A stretch of DNA of 64,000 nt from Octopus sinensis (lineage: Eukaryota). The stretch lies in contig NC_043008.1 in the NCBI RefSeq assembly GCF_006345805.1, positions 45,198,001-45,262,000 on the forward strand, read 5' to 3'. Below are positions 38,105 through 51,790 of the stretch, piece by piece (the stretch's first letter is position 1; every line of letters starts with the position of its first letter). The position numbers and the translations under genes were made by a program. Below the pieces are notes generated by a model. That model did not search any database. It had not been told where the DNA came from and saw nothing but the letters and a program-made list of their open reading frames with translations.

Positions 38105-38325
38105 AATGACCAAACTGTCTACTCTTATCCACCAGTTCCAACACGATTTAACCAAAAAGGAGACAAATTGCTTGACTAGATTTCACTGCAAAGCCAGTAA
38201 CATCTATGAACTTCCCAAAATCTACAAAAGTTAAGCCATAAACAAAACCTGTAACAAGTTAACTTCTATAGTTATAAATATTCCACACCCGAGAGATCTC
38301 CGAATGAGGCCAATCCAGGTATTTA
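38105..38325 (+). pseudogene. Penelope-like RT fragment
   Basis: SNIYELPKIYKS...HPRDLRMRPI resembles the YGLPKIHK...RPI motif. Confidence 0.6.
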
Positions 38326-38820
38326 GATACAGGAGGCATTGGATGCTTAACACTCGGAAATCTGAAGTCGCTAAAGGTGCAATAAATCGAACTTCTTTTC
38401 ATTTAGAACTTAGGGATCTGCAAATGTGGGTATCTTGGAGATGCTTAAACTATTTGTTGTAGCTGTGATTGTCGCACACACACAAACGAATAAAAACACA
38501 GTCGCTCAAACACACGTACACACAAAAATAAAAACATTCACACAAACACAAACACTGAAATAAAAATACCAACACACACACACATATAAAAAGTCCCACG
38601 CACACAAACACTGAAAAAAAATTCTCACAAAAACACTCACATACGCACAAAGACAAACACACAAATGAAAATACATAGCTACATATTCACACACTCAAAC
38701 ACGCGGACAAACACAGAAATGAAAACAGTTACATACCTATACATGCACAAACGCAGACACACACAAATAGAAATGAAAAATACAGTAACACATCCAAACT
38801 ATCACACACTAACATACGCA

Positions 38821-38858
<38 letters not shown>

Positions 38859-39336
38859 TACGCACCCACACACAGAAATGAAAACGCAGTTACACACTCA
38901 CACATAAAACCCTAACCCTAACTAGCACAAACATACAATTTATTCAGAATGTAAAGGGGCATTGGGTGCTTTGCACTCGCAGTTAGAATATCATCTCCCT
39001 CCACGCCAGTATGAGAATTTCTTTTATCCACTTCTGAAATTAATACATTGACGACACATGGGAAAAATATGAGCAACATCTCAAGTCACTAAAGGTGCAA
39101 TAAATTGAACTTATTTTGATTTAGTAGTTAGTGATCTCAAATGTGGGTATCTTAGAAATGGTCAAAGTGCTTGTTGCATTTGTAAGTGTCGCACACACAC
39201 AAACAAATACAAACACTCAGTCGCTCACACACTCGCGCACACAGAAAAAAAAGCACTCTCACACACACACACAAACAGTGAAATGAAAATACCCACACTC
39301 ACATAAATAAAAACAGTACCACACACACTAGGAGCC

Positions 39337-39712
39337 CTTTAGTCCCTTATGTTATCGAGCAGTTACTGTCTATATCTCTTTTAGAGAATTATTATTGCTG
39401 TCGAACAGATTTTCGAAATCAGCAAATGTATTTTGCTTGAAAATCTATATATGAATATCCTGCAGAGTGAGATTTCGTCGAGGAAGCGGAGGCCTACCAC
39501 ACGTTGACGATAGGCAATACACCTTGAAAACCATGGTCCGTGTGTGGTTTCCGCTTCATCGGGGAATTATCTCCTTTGCAGGTTAAGGACACCGTGATGG
39601 TGTCAAGCCTATCTGGCGACGTCGATGTTCGCCTGGGCTAAATGCAACAGTAACACCCCACCACCCTGCCCTGTCCCTAGCCATATTCAGATGGCTTTAG
39701 TCCCTTATGTTA
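39337..39712 (+). mobile_element. Retrozyme-like element: one 358-nt monomer plus 18-nt redundancy
   Basis: ctttagtcccttatgtta at 39337-39354 and 39695-39712; colinear with the reverse complement of 49110-49470. Confidence 0.8.
39498..39544 (+). ncRNA. Type I hammerhead-like motif, degenerate
   Basis: cacacg-TTGACGA-tagg/caataca/cctt-GAA-a-accatggt(palindrome)-C-cgtgtg. Confidence 0.65.
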
Positions 39713-40005
39713 ATAAAAAGATAATATGCGAGGAAATTAACTCTCGGAAGGGAGATAACTAGATAACATCTTCCCGAGTTACTTTCCTTACATATAATTA
39801 TATTACTTTTAATAAATTATAATGAGCAAGAGGAAGTAACTTTCGAATATATTATTCAGACATGACATAGACTTTTACGATTTTTTGGAGTTTAACTGCT
39901 CCCTCTAGTGGGTCGGATGTCCCATTATGCCCATCCCATATATGTTTAAATATCTATATGTATATACATATATCTGTCAATATATACCTATGTCTCTCTC
40001 TCTCT

Positions 40006-40062
<57 letters not shown>

Positions 40063-40264
40063 CACCTATCTAGATACGACGGGCTACTTTCTGTTTCCGT
40101 ATACCAAATCTACTCAGAAACGTTGGTCTGTCCGAGGCTATATTGGAAGACACTTGCCCATGGGGCCACGTAGTTGGACTGAACCAGAAACACCGTGTGG
40201 AAAGCAAGCTACATACCACAGCCAATCTTACTGCTACATATATATATATATATCTTACTGTTAC

Positions 40265-40296
<32 letters not shown>

Positions 40297-40327
40297 ATAT
40301 ATATATATTTATATATATATATATATG

Positions 40328-40412
<85 letters not shown>

Positions 40413-40964
40413 TACATACGGACAGTCTTCTTTTAGTTTCCGTCTCCAAATCCACTCACAAGGCTTTGGTCGGCCCGAGACTATAGTAGAAGACATTTTC
40501 CCAACATGCCACCCAGTGGGACTGAACTCGAAAACATTTGTTAGGTAAGCAAGCTAATTCCCATTCAGACACTACTGTTTGTTAACCGGACAAGTTCAAG
40601 GTGAGCCCTAATTGTTCGTATGCAAATGAGTTCATGAATGGGGTCCGGAACTTTCACGGCCGGTTCCTATAAGACAATGCAACCAGCTTGGGTATAGGTG
40701 GACTGTGCTCACACACACACAAACACTCACACGTCCGCACCCACGAATATAGATACATGCAAAGACGCTATCTCGAACCTATTTGTTTTAAATATGTTGA
40801 CCTTAAAACTGCGACATTCTGGAAACACACGTCCGCACCCAGGCACATAGAAACATGCATATACGCAAACTCGTAGCTATTTATGTTTTAAACATGTTGA
40901 CCTTTAAACCGTGACATTCTGTGTCTGTGCGCGCATTTCTGTGAGAATGATTGCTCACGAACCG
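39712..40964 (+). repeat. Segmental duplication, paralog of 49561-50710
   Basis: Colinear unique and SINE sequence; also 39090-39337 matches 48515-48759. Confidence 0.9.
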
Positions 40965-41445
40965 CAATGTGCTGAGTTCAAACCAACAGCGTTGCACCTT
41001 CGGCAGCCTAGGGCCGACCAATGTATTCTGAGTGGAGTTTGTAGAGGGAAACTGAAAGAAGCCGTCGTATATATGAATATCGACGTAGGAATGGCTATAT
41101 TGTAAGTAGTTTGCTTACGAACCACATGGTTTCGGGTTCATTCCCACTGCCTGTCATCTTCTGCAATTGTCTACTATTGTAGCCCAGAGCCTAGCTAATC
41201 CTTGTGATGGGATTTAGTGGAAGGAAACTGATAGAATCTCGTCGTATATATGTTTAAATGTGTGTGTGTGTGTGTGTGTGTCTGTGTATGTTCGCACTCG
41301 AAGGGCACACGAGAATGCATGCACGTACTATCACACATACAGATGCAAGTTTTCTTAATAAAACGGAAAGAAGTCCCGTTCCATCCCTTACAGTTTCTTT
41401 TTGTTTTAGATACTACATATACGTGGGTTGGTATATTCACGTATA

Positions 41446-41449
<4 letters not shown>

Positions 41450-41493
<44 letters not shown>

Positions 41494-41818
41494 TATATTT
41501 TATAATATATATATATATAATATATATATTATATATAATATATATATATATGAATATATATATATTATATATAATATGATATATATGAATATATATATAT
41601 ATATATAGATATTATATATATTAAATATATATATATATAATATAGATATATATATATAAAATATATATATATATATTATATATATATATATAAATATATA
41701 TATATAAATATATATAAATAATATATATATATAAATATTATATATATAATATATATAAATATATATATATATATATAGATATATATATTATAAATATATA
41801 TATATATAATAAAATAAT

Positions 41819-41852
<34 letters not shown>

Positions 41853-41868
41853 ATATATATATATAAAT

Positions 41869-41902
<34 letters not shown>

Positions 41903-41956
41903 ATATATATAATAAATATATATAAATATATATATATATAAATATATATAAATATA

Positions 41957-41989
<33 letters not shown>

Positions 41990-42002
41990 CATATATATAT
42001 AA

Positions 42003-42033
<31 letters not shown>

Positions 42034-42034
42034 A

Positions 42035-42068
<34 letters not shown>

Positions 42069-42113
42069 AATATATATATATATATTATATTAATATATAT
42101 ATATATATATATA

Positions 42114-42149
<36 letters not shown>

Positions 42150-42159
42150 AATATATTAT

Positions 42160-42194
<35 letters not shown>

Positions 42195-42217
42195 AATATA
42201 ATATATATATATATATA

Positions 42218-42279
<62 letters not shown>

Positions 42280-42296
42280 TAATATATATTAAATAT

Positions 42297-42365
<69 letters not shown>

Positions 42366-42556
42366 AATATATATATATAATATAAATATATATATATATA
42401 TATTAAATATAATATATATATATAAATATATATATAAATAAATATATATATATATATAAATATATATATAAATAATATATATATATATATATATATAAAT
42501 ATATATATAAATAATATATATTATATATATATATAAATAAATATATACAAATATAT

Positions 42557-42587
<31 letters not shown>

Positions 42588-42730
42588 AATATATAATATT
42601 ATATATATATATATATAAATATATATATATATAAAAATATTATATATATATATATATATAATATAATAAATATATATTATTATATATATAAATATATAAA
42701 TAATATATATATATATATATATATAAATAT
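41450..42730. repeat. About 1.3-kb imperfect (TA)n array
   Basis: Direct reading. Confidence 0.95.
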
Positions 42731-42731
42731 A

Positions 42732-42947
42732 GAGGCGCAATGGCCTAGTGGTTAGGGCAGCGGACTCGCGGTCGCAGGATCGAGGTTTCGATTCTCAGAC
42801 TGGGCGTTGTGTGTGTTATTGAGCGAAAACACCTAAAAGCTCTACGAGGCTCTGGCAGGGGGTGGTGATCCCTGCTGTACTCTTCACCACAATGGCGGGC
42901 CCCAGCATGGCCACAGCTCAAGAGCTGAACTGGAAAAGCAAAAAAAA
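42732..42947 (+). mobile_element. SINE family B 5' part fused to a family A-like 3' tail
   Basis: Follows 1351-1510 to caccacaa, then cccagcatggccacag...aaaagcaaaa. Confidence 0.7.
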
Positions 42948-43050
42948 TATATAAATATATATATATATATAAAATATATATAAATATATATAATATATAT
43001 ATATATAATATAATATAATATATATATAAAATATATATATATTATATATA

Positions 43051-43794
43051 ATTGTGGACAACAACGTAAGCTGGGCCACTCATATAAACACCAAAGTTGA
43101 CATGGCCCGCAGAATGTGTTCCTGGATTCTCAGAACTTTCCAGTCGAGAGATATCCACACCCTTATCCTCTCTTCTCCACTTTTGCCGACCCCACATTGA
43201 ATACTGTTGTCCACTGTGGTCTCCCCACACAATACAAGGTATCATAAAAGTTGAAGCACCTCAAAGGGCAATCACAAAAAAGATAGATGGCATGACAGGC
43301 CTCGACTATTGGGGTCGACTAGAAAAGCTAAAACTCTATTCTCTCCAACGTCGTCGTGAGCGCTACATCATCTGCATGATGTGGAAAATATTCCATCAGC
43401 ATTGCCCAAATGAGTGGGCATCACTTTAAGGTACATCCAAGGCTTGGGCCCGTGCCATCCGCCCAAAACAAAAATCGCACTCTCATCTCATAACAACAAT
43501 ACGGCACAATTATTTCACCTCAATTGGCCCCGCTCTCTTTAACATTACACCAAAACACATTAAAACAGAAACTGACCCTATAGGGTTCAAGAAGTCTTTG
43601 GACAGATTCCTTCAAGAAATCCCGGATAAACCCCCTACACCCGGATATGTCTCTGTAAACAATAACTCTCTACTTGAGTGGGCCATAGTGCCCAAATTCT
43701 GACTTGAAAGACTTCACCAGGTGGTGCTATTAAGTTAGACATGGCCTGGGCCAATAATGGCCGAAACCTATCAAAGTATCAAAGTATCAAAGTA
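43051..43794 (+). mobile_element. 5'-truncated CR1-like LINE 3' part with (TATCAAAG)3 tail
   Basis: RPHIEYCCPLWSP...KLYSLQRRRERY. Confidence 0.85.
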
Positions 43795-44800
<1,006 letters not shown>

Positions 44801-44870
44801 GTCCCGGGTTGATTCGGGGTTAACCACAGTAAATAAGGTACTCAATAATAATATATATAATATATATATA

Positions 44871-47800
44871 TCATCATCATCATCATCATCATCGTTTAAC
44901 GTCCGCTTTCCATGCTAGCATGGGTTGGACGGTTCACTGGGGTCTGGCAAGCCCGAAGGCTGCACCAGGCCAGTCAGATCTGGCAGTGTTTCTACAGCTG
45001 GATGCCCTTCCTAACGCCAACCACTCCGAGAGTGTAGTGGGTGATTTTATGTGCCACCGACACAGGTGCCAGACGAGGCTGGCAGACGGCCACGCTCGGA
45101 TGGTGTTTTTTATGTGCCACCGACACAGGTGCCAGACGAGGCTGGCTGACGGCCACGCTCGGATGGTGTTTTCTTATGTGTCACCGACACAGGTGCCAGA
45201 CGGGGCTGGCGGACGGCCACGCTCGGATGGTGTTTGTTATGTGCCCTCAGCACGGAGGCCAGTCGTTGCGGTACTGGCTACGATCACGTTCGGATGGTTT
45301 TCTTATGTGCCACCGGCACTGGTACCACAAGGATACAAATTTCATTGATGTTCATATTTTGATTTGGTTCGATTTGATTTGATTTGATTTGATTCGATTC
45401 TCACTTGCCTCAACAGGTCTTCACAAGTGTCACAAGAAGGAAGGTATGCACAGGTGGACTGACTACGTCCCAGGTAGGGGCCACGGATTATGGCTTCACT
45501 AGTCTTGCCGGGTCTTCTCACGCACAGCATACTTCCATAGGTCTCGGTCTCTAGTCATTTCCATGGTGAGACCTAACGTCCGAAGGTCGTGCTTCACCAC
45601 TTCGTCCCAGGTTTTCCTGGGTCTACCTCTTCCACGGGTTCCCTCAACTGCTAGGGATTGGCACTTTCTCACACACCTATCTTCATCCATTCTCGCCACA
45701 TGACCATACCAGCGCAATCGTCTCTCTTGCACACAACAACTGATGCTTCTTAGGTAAAACATTTCTCTCAAGGTACTAACGCTCTGTCGAGTAAGTACAC
45801 TGACATTACACATCCATCGGAGCATACTGGCTTCGTTCCTCACAAGCTTACGCATGTCCTCAGCAGTCACGGCCCATGTTTCACTGCCATGTAGCATAGC
45901 TGTTCGTACACATGCATCATACAGTCTGCCTTTTACTCTGAGCGAGAGGCCTTTAGTCACCAGCAGAGGTAAGAGCTCCCTAAACTTTGCCCAGGCTATT
46001 CTTATTCTAGCAGTTACACTTTCAGCGCACCGCCCCCACTACTGACTTGGTCACCTAGATAGCGGAGGAAGCTATCAACTACTTCTAGTTTTTCCCCCCG
46101 GAAAGTGACGGAAGTTGTTTTCTGCAGATTTTCGGAGGTCAATGCTCCAGAGCATCTGCCACATACAAAAACTATCTTCCCGTTAGCCTACCTTTGACAT
46201 TGCTGCACCTCTTATGTGTCCATAGCTTACACTGGGTACATCTTATAGAGTTTCTACCTACACCTTTTCTACAAATCGAGCAGGGCCATCTTCCTGAGGA
46301 TATTTGTGGATTTTCTAACTTTCTACTTATTAGTACTTTGGTTTTAGCTAGGTTGACTCTAAGGCCCCTCGATTCTAAACCCTCCTTCCACACCTGGAAC
46401 TTCTCCTCCAGTTCTGATAGTGACTCAGCGATTAGAGCGAGGTCGTCAGCATAGAGGAGCTCCCAGGGGCAACCTGTCTTGAATTCCTCCACAATTGCCT
46501 GGAGGACTATGATAAATAGGAGGGGGCTGAGTACTGAACCCTGGTGGACCCCAACCCTACCTTGAATTCTTCTGTGTACATGCTGCCAACTCTAACCTTA
46601 CTTACGGCATCTCTGTACATGGCTTGCACAGCCCTCACCAGCCATTCATCTATCCCTAGTTTCCTCATTGACCACCAGATGAGGGATCGGGGGACCCTAT
46701 CAAAGGCTTTCTCCATGTCAACGAAAGCCAGGTACAGGGGCTTATCTTTGGCTAGGTATTTCTCCTGCAGCTGCCTTACCAGGAATATAGCATCAGTGGT
46801 GCTTTTCCCTGGGACAAACCCAAACTGTATCTCATCTAAACTAACTCTCTCTCTAATTAGTGGGCTATGACCCTCTCCGTAACCTTCATTACCTGATCCA
46901 ACAGCTTGATACCTCTGTAATTATTTGTATCCAGGGCATCACCTTTACCTTTGTAGCAGTTGACTAGTATGCTGCTACACCAGTCATGGGTATGACTCCT
47001 TCGTGTATCACCTGGTTGACTATACGGGTGACTAGGTTATAGCCGACACTGCCAGATATTTTGAGCATCTCTGCAGTAATTCCTGATGGGCCTGGGGCTT
47101 TCCCTGTCTTCATGCTTCTAATTGCCTTAGCTACCACGGAACTATCAACTCGGATAGCTGGTCCCTCTGTTGGGTCAACATTCGGCAGACTCTCTTTATC
47201 CCATTCATTTTCTTTATTCAGCAACCTTTCATAGTGGCATCTCCAAACCTCTCTCTTTGCATCCTCATTTAGCGCAAGTGAACCATCATCCATGCGAACA
47301 CACTTCTCTCCTACCACATCACGATTCTCTCTCACACACTGTCTTGCAACACGAATACCTCAAGTCTTTCATCCTCACGGCTCAGAACATTGGCAAATTT
47401 TTTCTTATCCGCTTCCCTCTGGCTAAATAAACCTGTCTCCTAGCTTCCCTTTTGGCTGTCTGATACAATTCCCTGCTACCACCGTTCTTCCAGTCCTTCC
47501 AAGCCTGTCTCTTTTGTCTAATAGCCCTGTCAACCACAGTGTTCCACCACCATTTACTCTGGGTCGAGATGGTACTTTGCTCCATCCACAGATCTGGTCA
47601 GTGGCTGTCAGCAGATTGTCCCGTAGGAATCTCCAGTTGTCTTCCACATTAAGTGAAGCTATATCCCCTTCTATTTCGTCAGAGGCTTCGAGTAGTATGT
47701 CTCTAAATCTCTGTCCATTTGCAGGATCTTAAGCTTCCAGACCCTTCTCCTCCAAGCTGGTCTTCTTCTGGGCAACCATTTAGCTCTGATCCTGAAGTCG

Positions 47801-48362
47801 CTAACTACTAATCTATGTTGGGGAGTACATTCTTCGCCTGGGAAGGTTTTGGCATTTATAATCAGCCCTCTTTCCCTTTTTCTGGCAAGGATGTAGTCAA
47901 TCTGGCTGGTGTGTCTGCCAGAATGGTAGGTGACTAGGTGAGAGGTGGGTTTCCTGAAGTGGGTATTGCAGACCATAAGGTCATTTGCATCGCAGAACTC
48001 CAGCAGCCTGGTTCCTTCCTCATTTCGAGAGCCAAAACCGTAGCCTCCATGGACGCCATGGAAGCCCCCGGACATGTCGTCCAACATGTCCATTGAAATC
48101 ACCTGCCACGAAGAGAAGGTCACTGTCATTTGTCAATGAGGTAGTCCGCAATAGGGTGTCACAGAATTGGTCTTTTTGTCCTTCCGGTAGCCCTGGTTGA
48201 GGGGCATATGCCGAGATGATGGTAGCTGTCCTATGGTGAAGAACCAATCTAATTTTAATTACTCTGTCACTTACTCTGACTACCTCGATTACCTTACCTA
48301 CCCATTTCTCCGCAAGAAGTATACCCACGCCCCCGACTCCGTCAGTGTTCCCTGCCCAGAAA
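44871..48362 (-). mobile_element. RTE-clade LINE, 5'-truncated and frameshifted, (GAT)n tail
   Basis: EN: GVGILL, SAYAPQ, AGDFNGHVG; RT: EKAFDRVPR, LYADDL; C-terminal MLHGSETW, GRGRPRKTW. Confidence 0.9.
45046..45325. repeat. About 63-bp minisatellite in the RTE 3' UTR
   Basis: Units at 45049, 45112, 45176, 45239 plus a partial unit. Confidence 0.85.
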
Positions 48363-48375
48363 ATCTTATATATAT

Positions 48376-48462
<87 letters not shown>

Positions 48463-49109
48463 CGACATATAAATACACAAACACATACATGTGTGTGTGT
48501 GTGTGTATATATATAAAGGTGCAATAAATTGAACTTATTTTGATTTAGTATTTAGTGATCTCAAATGTGGGTATCTTACAAATGGTCAAAGTGTTTGTTG
48601 TAGTTGTAAGTGTCGCACACACACAAACAAATAGAAACACTCAGTCACTCACACACTCGCGCACACAGAACTAAAAACACTCACACACACACACAAACAC
48701 TGAAATGAAAATACCCACACTCACATAAATAAAAACAGTCCCACACACACAAGGAGCCCCAATAGGTCTATCAAAAAAGTTTCTAGTATTTTTCCTAGCC
48801 CATAATTTATGATAATTGAAATTATTACAATAAATACCTACTAAATCAGTATATCGAACATTACGTCCCCGTAACTTATCGGTTCTGCAAAAGAGACCTA
48901 TACATTAAGTAATAGGCATACAAAGAATAATTGCTGGGGTTGATTTGCTTCACTAAAGGCGGTGCTCCACCATGGTCACGGTGAAATAACTGAAAGAGTC
49001 TAAGAGCGACAAAGCGTATATTACGATAACTACATACTTAAGGGAGATAACTACAAAGTATCTTCTACAGTTACTTTCCTTGAATATTATAACTTAACAA
49101 TAAAAAAAT

Positions 49110-49561
49110 AACGTAAGGGGGATCAGCCATCTGAATGTGGCTAGGGACAGGGCGGGGTGGTGGGGGTGTTACTGATGCTTTTAGCCCCAGGCGATCATCA
49201 ACGTCACCAGAAGGACTGACACCATATCGGTGTCCTTGTTTGCCTGTAAAGGGAGGTTATCCCCCCCGAAGATACGGATGCTACATACGGACCGGTTTCG
49301 AGGTCATTGCCTCTTATCAACGTATGGTAAGCACCGTTCCTCGATGAAGGATTACCTCTACAGGCAAAATATATAAGACTTCTCACAGTAACTACAGTCA
49401 CTGATGTAGAAAAGCCGTCTGAAAACAATAATAAATCTCTGAACGAGATATAAACAGTAACTGCTCGACAACGTAAGGGGGATCAGCCATCTGAATGTGG
49501 CTAGGGACAGGGCGGGGTGGTGGGTTTGTTACTGATGCTTTTAGCCCCAGGCGATCATCAA
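49110..49561 (-). mobile_element. Retrozyme-like element: one 360-nt monomer plus 92-nt redundancy
   Basis: 49110-49201 repeats at 49470-49561 (2 mismatches); 12-bp TSD aataaaaa(a/g)ata at 49099-49110 and 49561-49572. Confidence 0.85.
49284..49326 (-). ncRNA. Type I hammerhead-like motif with compensatory U3-A8 core, all helices intact
   Basis: catacg-TTGATAA-gagg/caatga/cctc-GAA-accggt(palindrome)-C-cgtatg. Confidence 0.8.
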
Positions 49562-49865
49562 ATAAAAAGATAATATGCGAGGAAATTAACTCTCGGAAGG
49601 GAGATAACTAGATAACATCTTCCAGAGTTACTTTCCTTACATATAATTATTTTACTTTTATTAAATTATAATGTGCAAGAGGAAGTAACTCTCAAATATA
49701 TTATTCAGACATGACATAGACTTTTACGATTTTTTGGAGTTTAACTGCTCTCTCTAGTGAGTCGGATGTCCCATTATGGCCATCCCTTATATGTTTAAAT
49801 ATCTATATGTATATACATATATCTGTCAATATATACCTATGTCTCTCTCTCTCTCTATATATATG

Positions 49866-49912
<47 letters not shown>

Positions 49913-50093
49913 CTATCTATATACGACGGGCTACTTTCTGTTTCCGTATACCAAATCTACTCAGAAACGTTGGTCTGTCCAAGGCTATATTGGAAGACAC
50001 TTGCCCATGGGGCCACGTAGTGGACTGAACCAGAAACACCGTGTTTGGAAAGCAAGCTACGTGCCACAGCCACTCTTACTGTTACATATATAT

Positions 50094-50139
<46 letters not shown>

Positions 50140-50710
50140 ATATATATGTATATATATACTACAGTCTTCTTTTAGTTTCCGTCTCCCAAATCCACTCACA
50201 AGGCTTTGGTCGTCCCGAGACTATAGTAGAAGACATTTGCCCAACATGCCACACAGTGGGACTGAACTCGGAAACATTTGTTAGGTAAGCAAGCTAATTC
50301 CCATTCAGACACTACTGTTTGTTAACCGGACAATTTCAAGGTGAGCCCTAATTGTTTGTATGCAAATGAGTTCATTAATGTGGTCCGGAACTTTCACGGC
50401 CGGTTCCTATAAGACAATGCAACCAGCTTGGGTATAGGTGGACTGTGCTCACACACACACAAACACTCACACGTCCACACCCACGAATATAGATACATGC
50501 AACGACGCAATCTCGTACCTATTTATGTTTTAAATATGTTGAGCTTAAAACTGTGACATTATGAAAACACACGTCCGCCCTCATGCACATAGATACATGC
50601 ATATACGCAAACTCGTAGTTATTTATGTTTTAAACATGTTGACCTTTAAACCATGACATTCTGTGTCTGTTTGTGCACGCATTTCTGTGTGAATGATTGC
50701 TCACGAACCG
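49561..50710 (+). repeat. Segmental duplication, paralog of 39712-40964
   Basis: Colinear alignment by eye. Confidence 0.9.
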
Positions 50711-50797
50711 TAAATTTTGGAGTCAATCCGACGGGAAGTAGTGGTCTTTAAACCGTTCCAGACAAACAAACTTTTCGCATTTCAGTTTTATAAATAG

Positions 50798-50840
<43 letters not shown>

Positions 50841-51032
50841 TGCTAGGCGTAGGAGCGGCTTTGTGATAAGTAGCTTGCTTACGAACCGCAGTGTTCTGGG
50901 TTCAGTCCCACTGCGTGGAACCTTGGACAAGTGTCTTCAACTATAGCCTCAGGGTGACCAAAGCCTTGTGAATAGATTTCGTAGACGGAAACTAAATGAA
51001 GCCCATCGTATGTGTATACATATAAATTTATA

Positions 51033-51084
<52 letters not shown>

Positions 51085-51369
51085 CATATACGTTTGTATG
51101 CCTCTTTATCCATCGAACATCGCTTGACAAACGATGATGCTGTTTTCACGCACCCTTAACTTAACGGTTCGGAAAAAGAGAATAGGTCCTGGGCTCTATT
51201 TGTTTGACTGAAGGCGGTGCTCCAACATGGCCGCAGTCAAATAACTGAAAGTAGCAAAAGTTAGTGAAAGAGTAATTAGCGAAAACAGTGTATATTCTGT
51301 TGTGTCTGGGGATAGTCTTTCTCTTTTAGTGCCTTATTAGTAAATACACACTCACCAGTAAAAATTCAA

Positions 51370-51790
51370 GGAGTGATATTAGTAGAGGCCAGAGCCCATG
51401 GAGAACTAGCCCGTAGATTTAGAAAAGCTCTGAAAGAGACCAAACTCAACATTAAAATTGTTGAAAAGCCAAGGAACTCCGTCAGGTCACAATTATGAAG
51501 GACATGCCTGTTTAAGAATACCATATGCACAATTGATAACTGCATGACATGTAGAATTAGCCCTGGTATTAACTGTAGAACTCGAAATGTAGTTTACAAT
51601 ATAAGATGCATAGAAAGTGCTTGTAAGGACATGAACATGATGTACATAGAGGAGACGTCTAAGAGCATTGCGGAACGGATAAATGAACATTTAAGACAAC
51701 TTGACGACAGAAAACAGTCTTCTATACTCTACCAACATGCCAAAGACCACCATGGAGATAACTTGGATCAACCTGACATCGCATCTTATC
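51370..51790 (+). pseudogene. Penelope-like GIY-YIG endonuclease fragment
   Basis: CRTRNVVYNIRC...MYIEETSKSIAERINEHL...LYQHAKDHH. Confidence 0.75.

Noticed and set aside
39337-39354. 18-bp direct repeat as a target-site duplication
   Set aside because: The homologous sequence is internal to the monomer in the other two copies
49395-49425. Antisense hammerhead in the retrozyme (ctgatgta...gaaa)
   Set aside because: Lacks A9 and a helix II, and is not conserved as a core in the other copies
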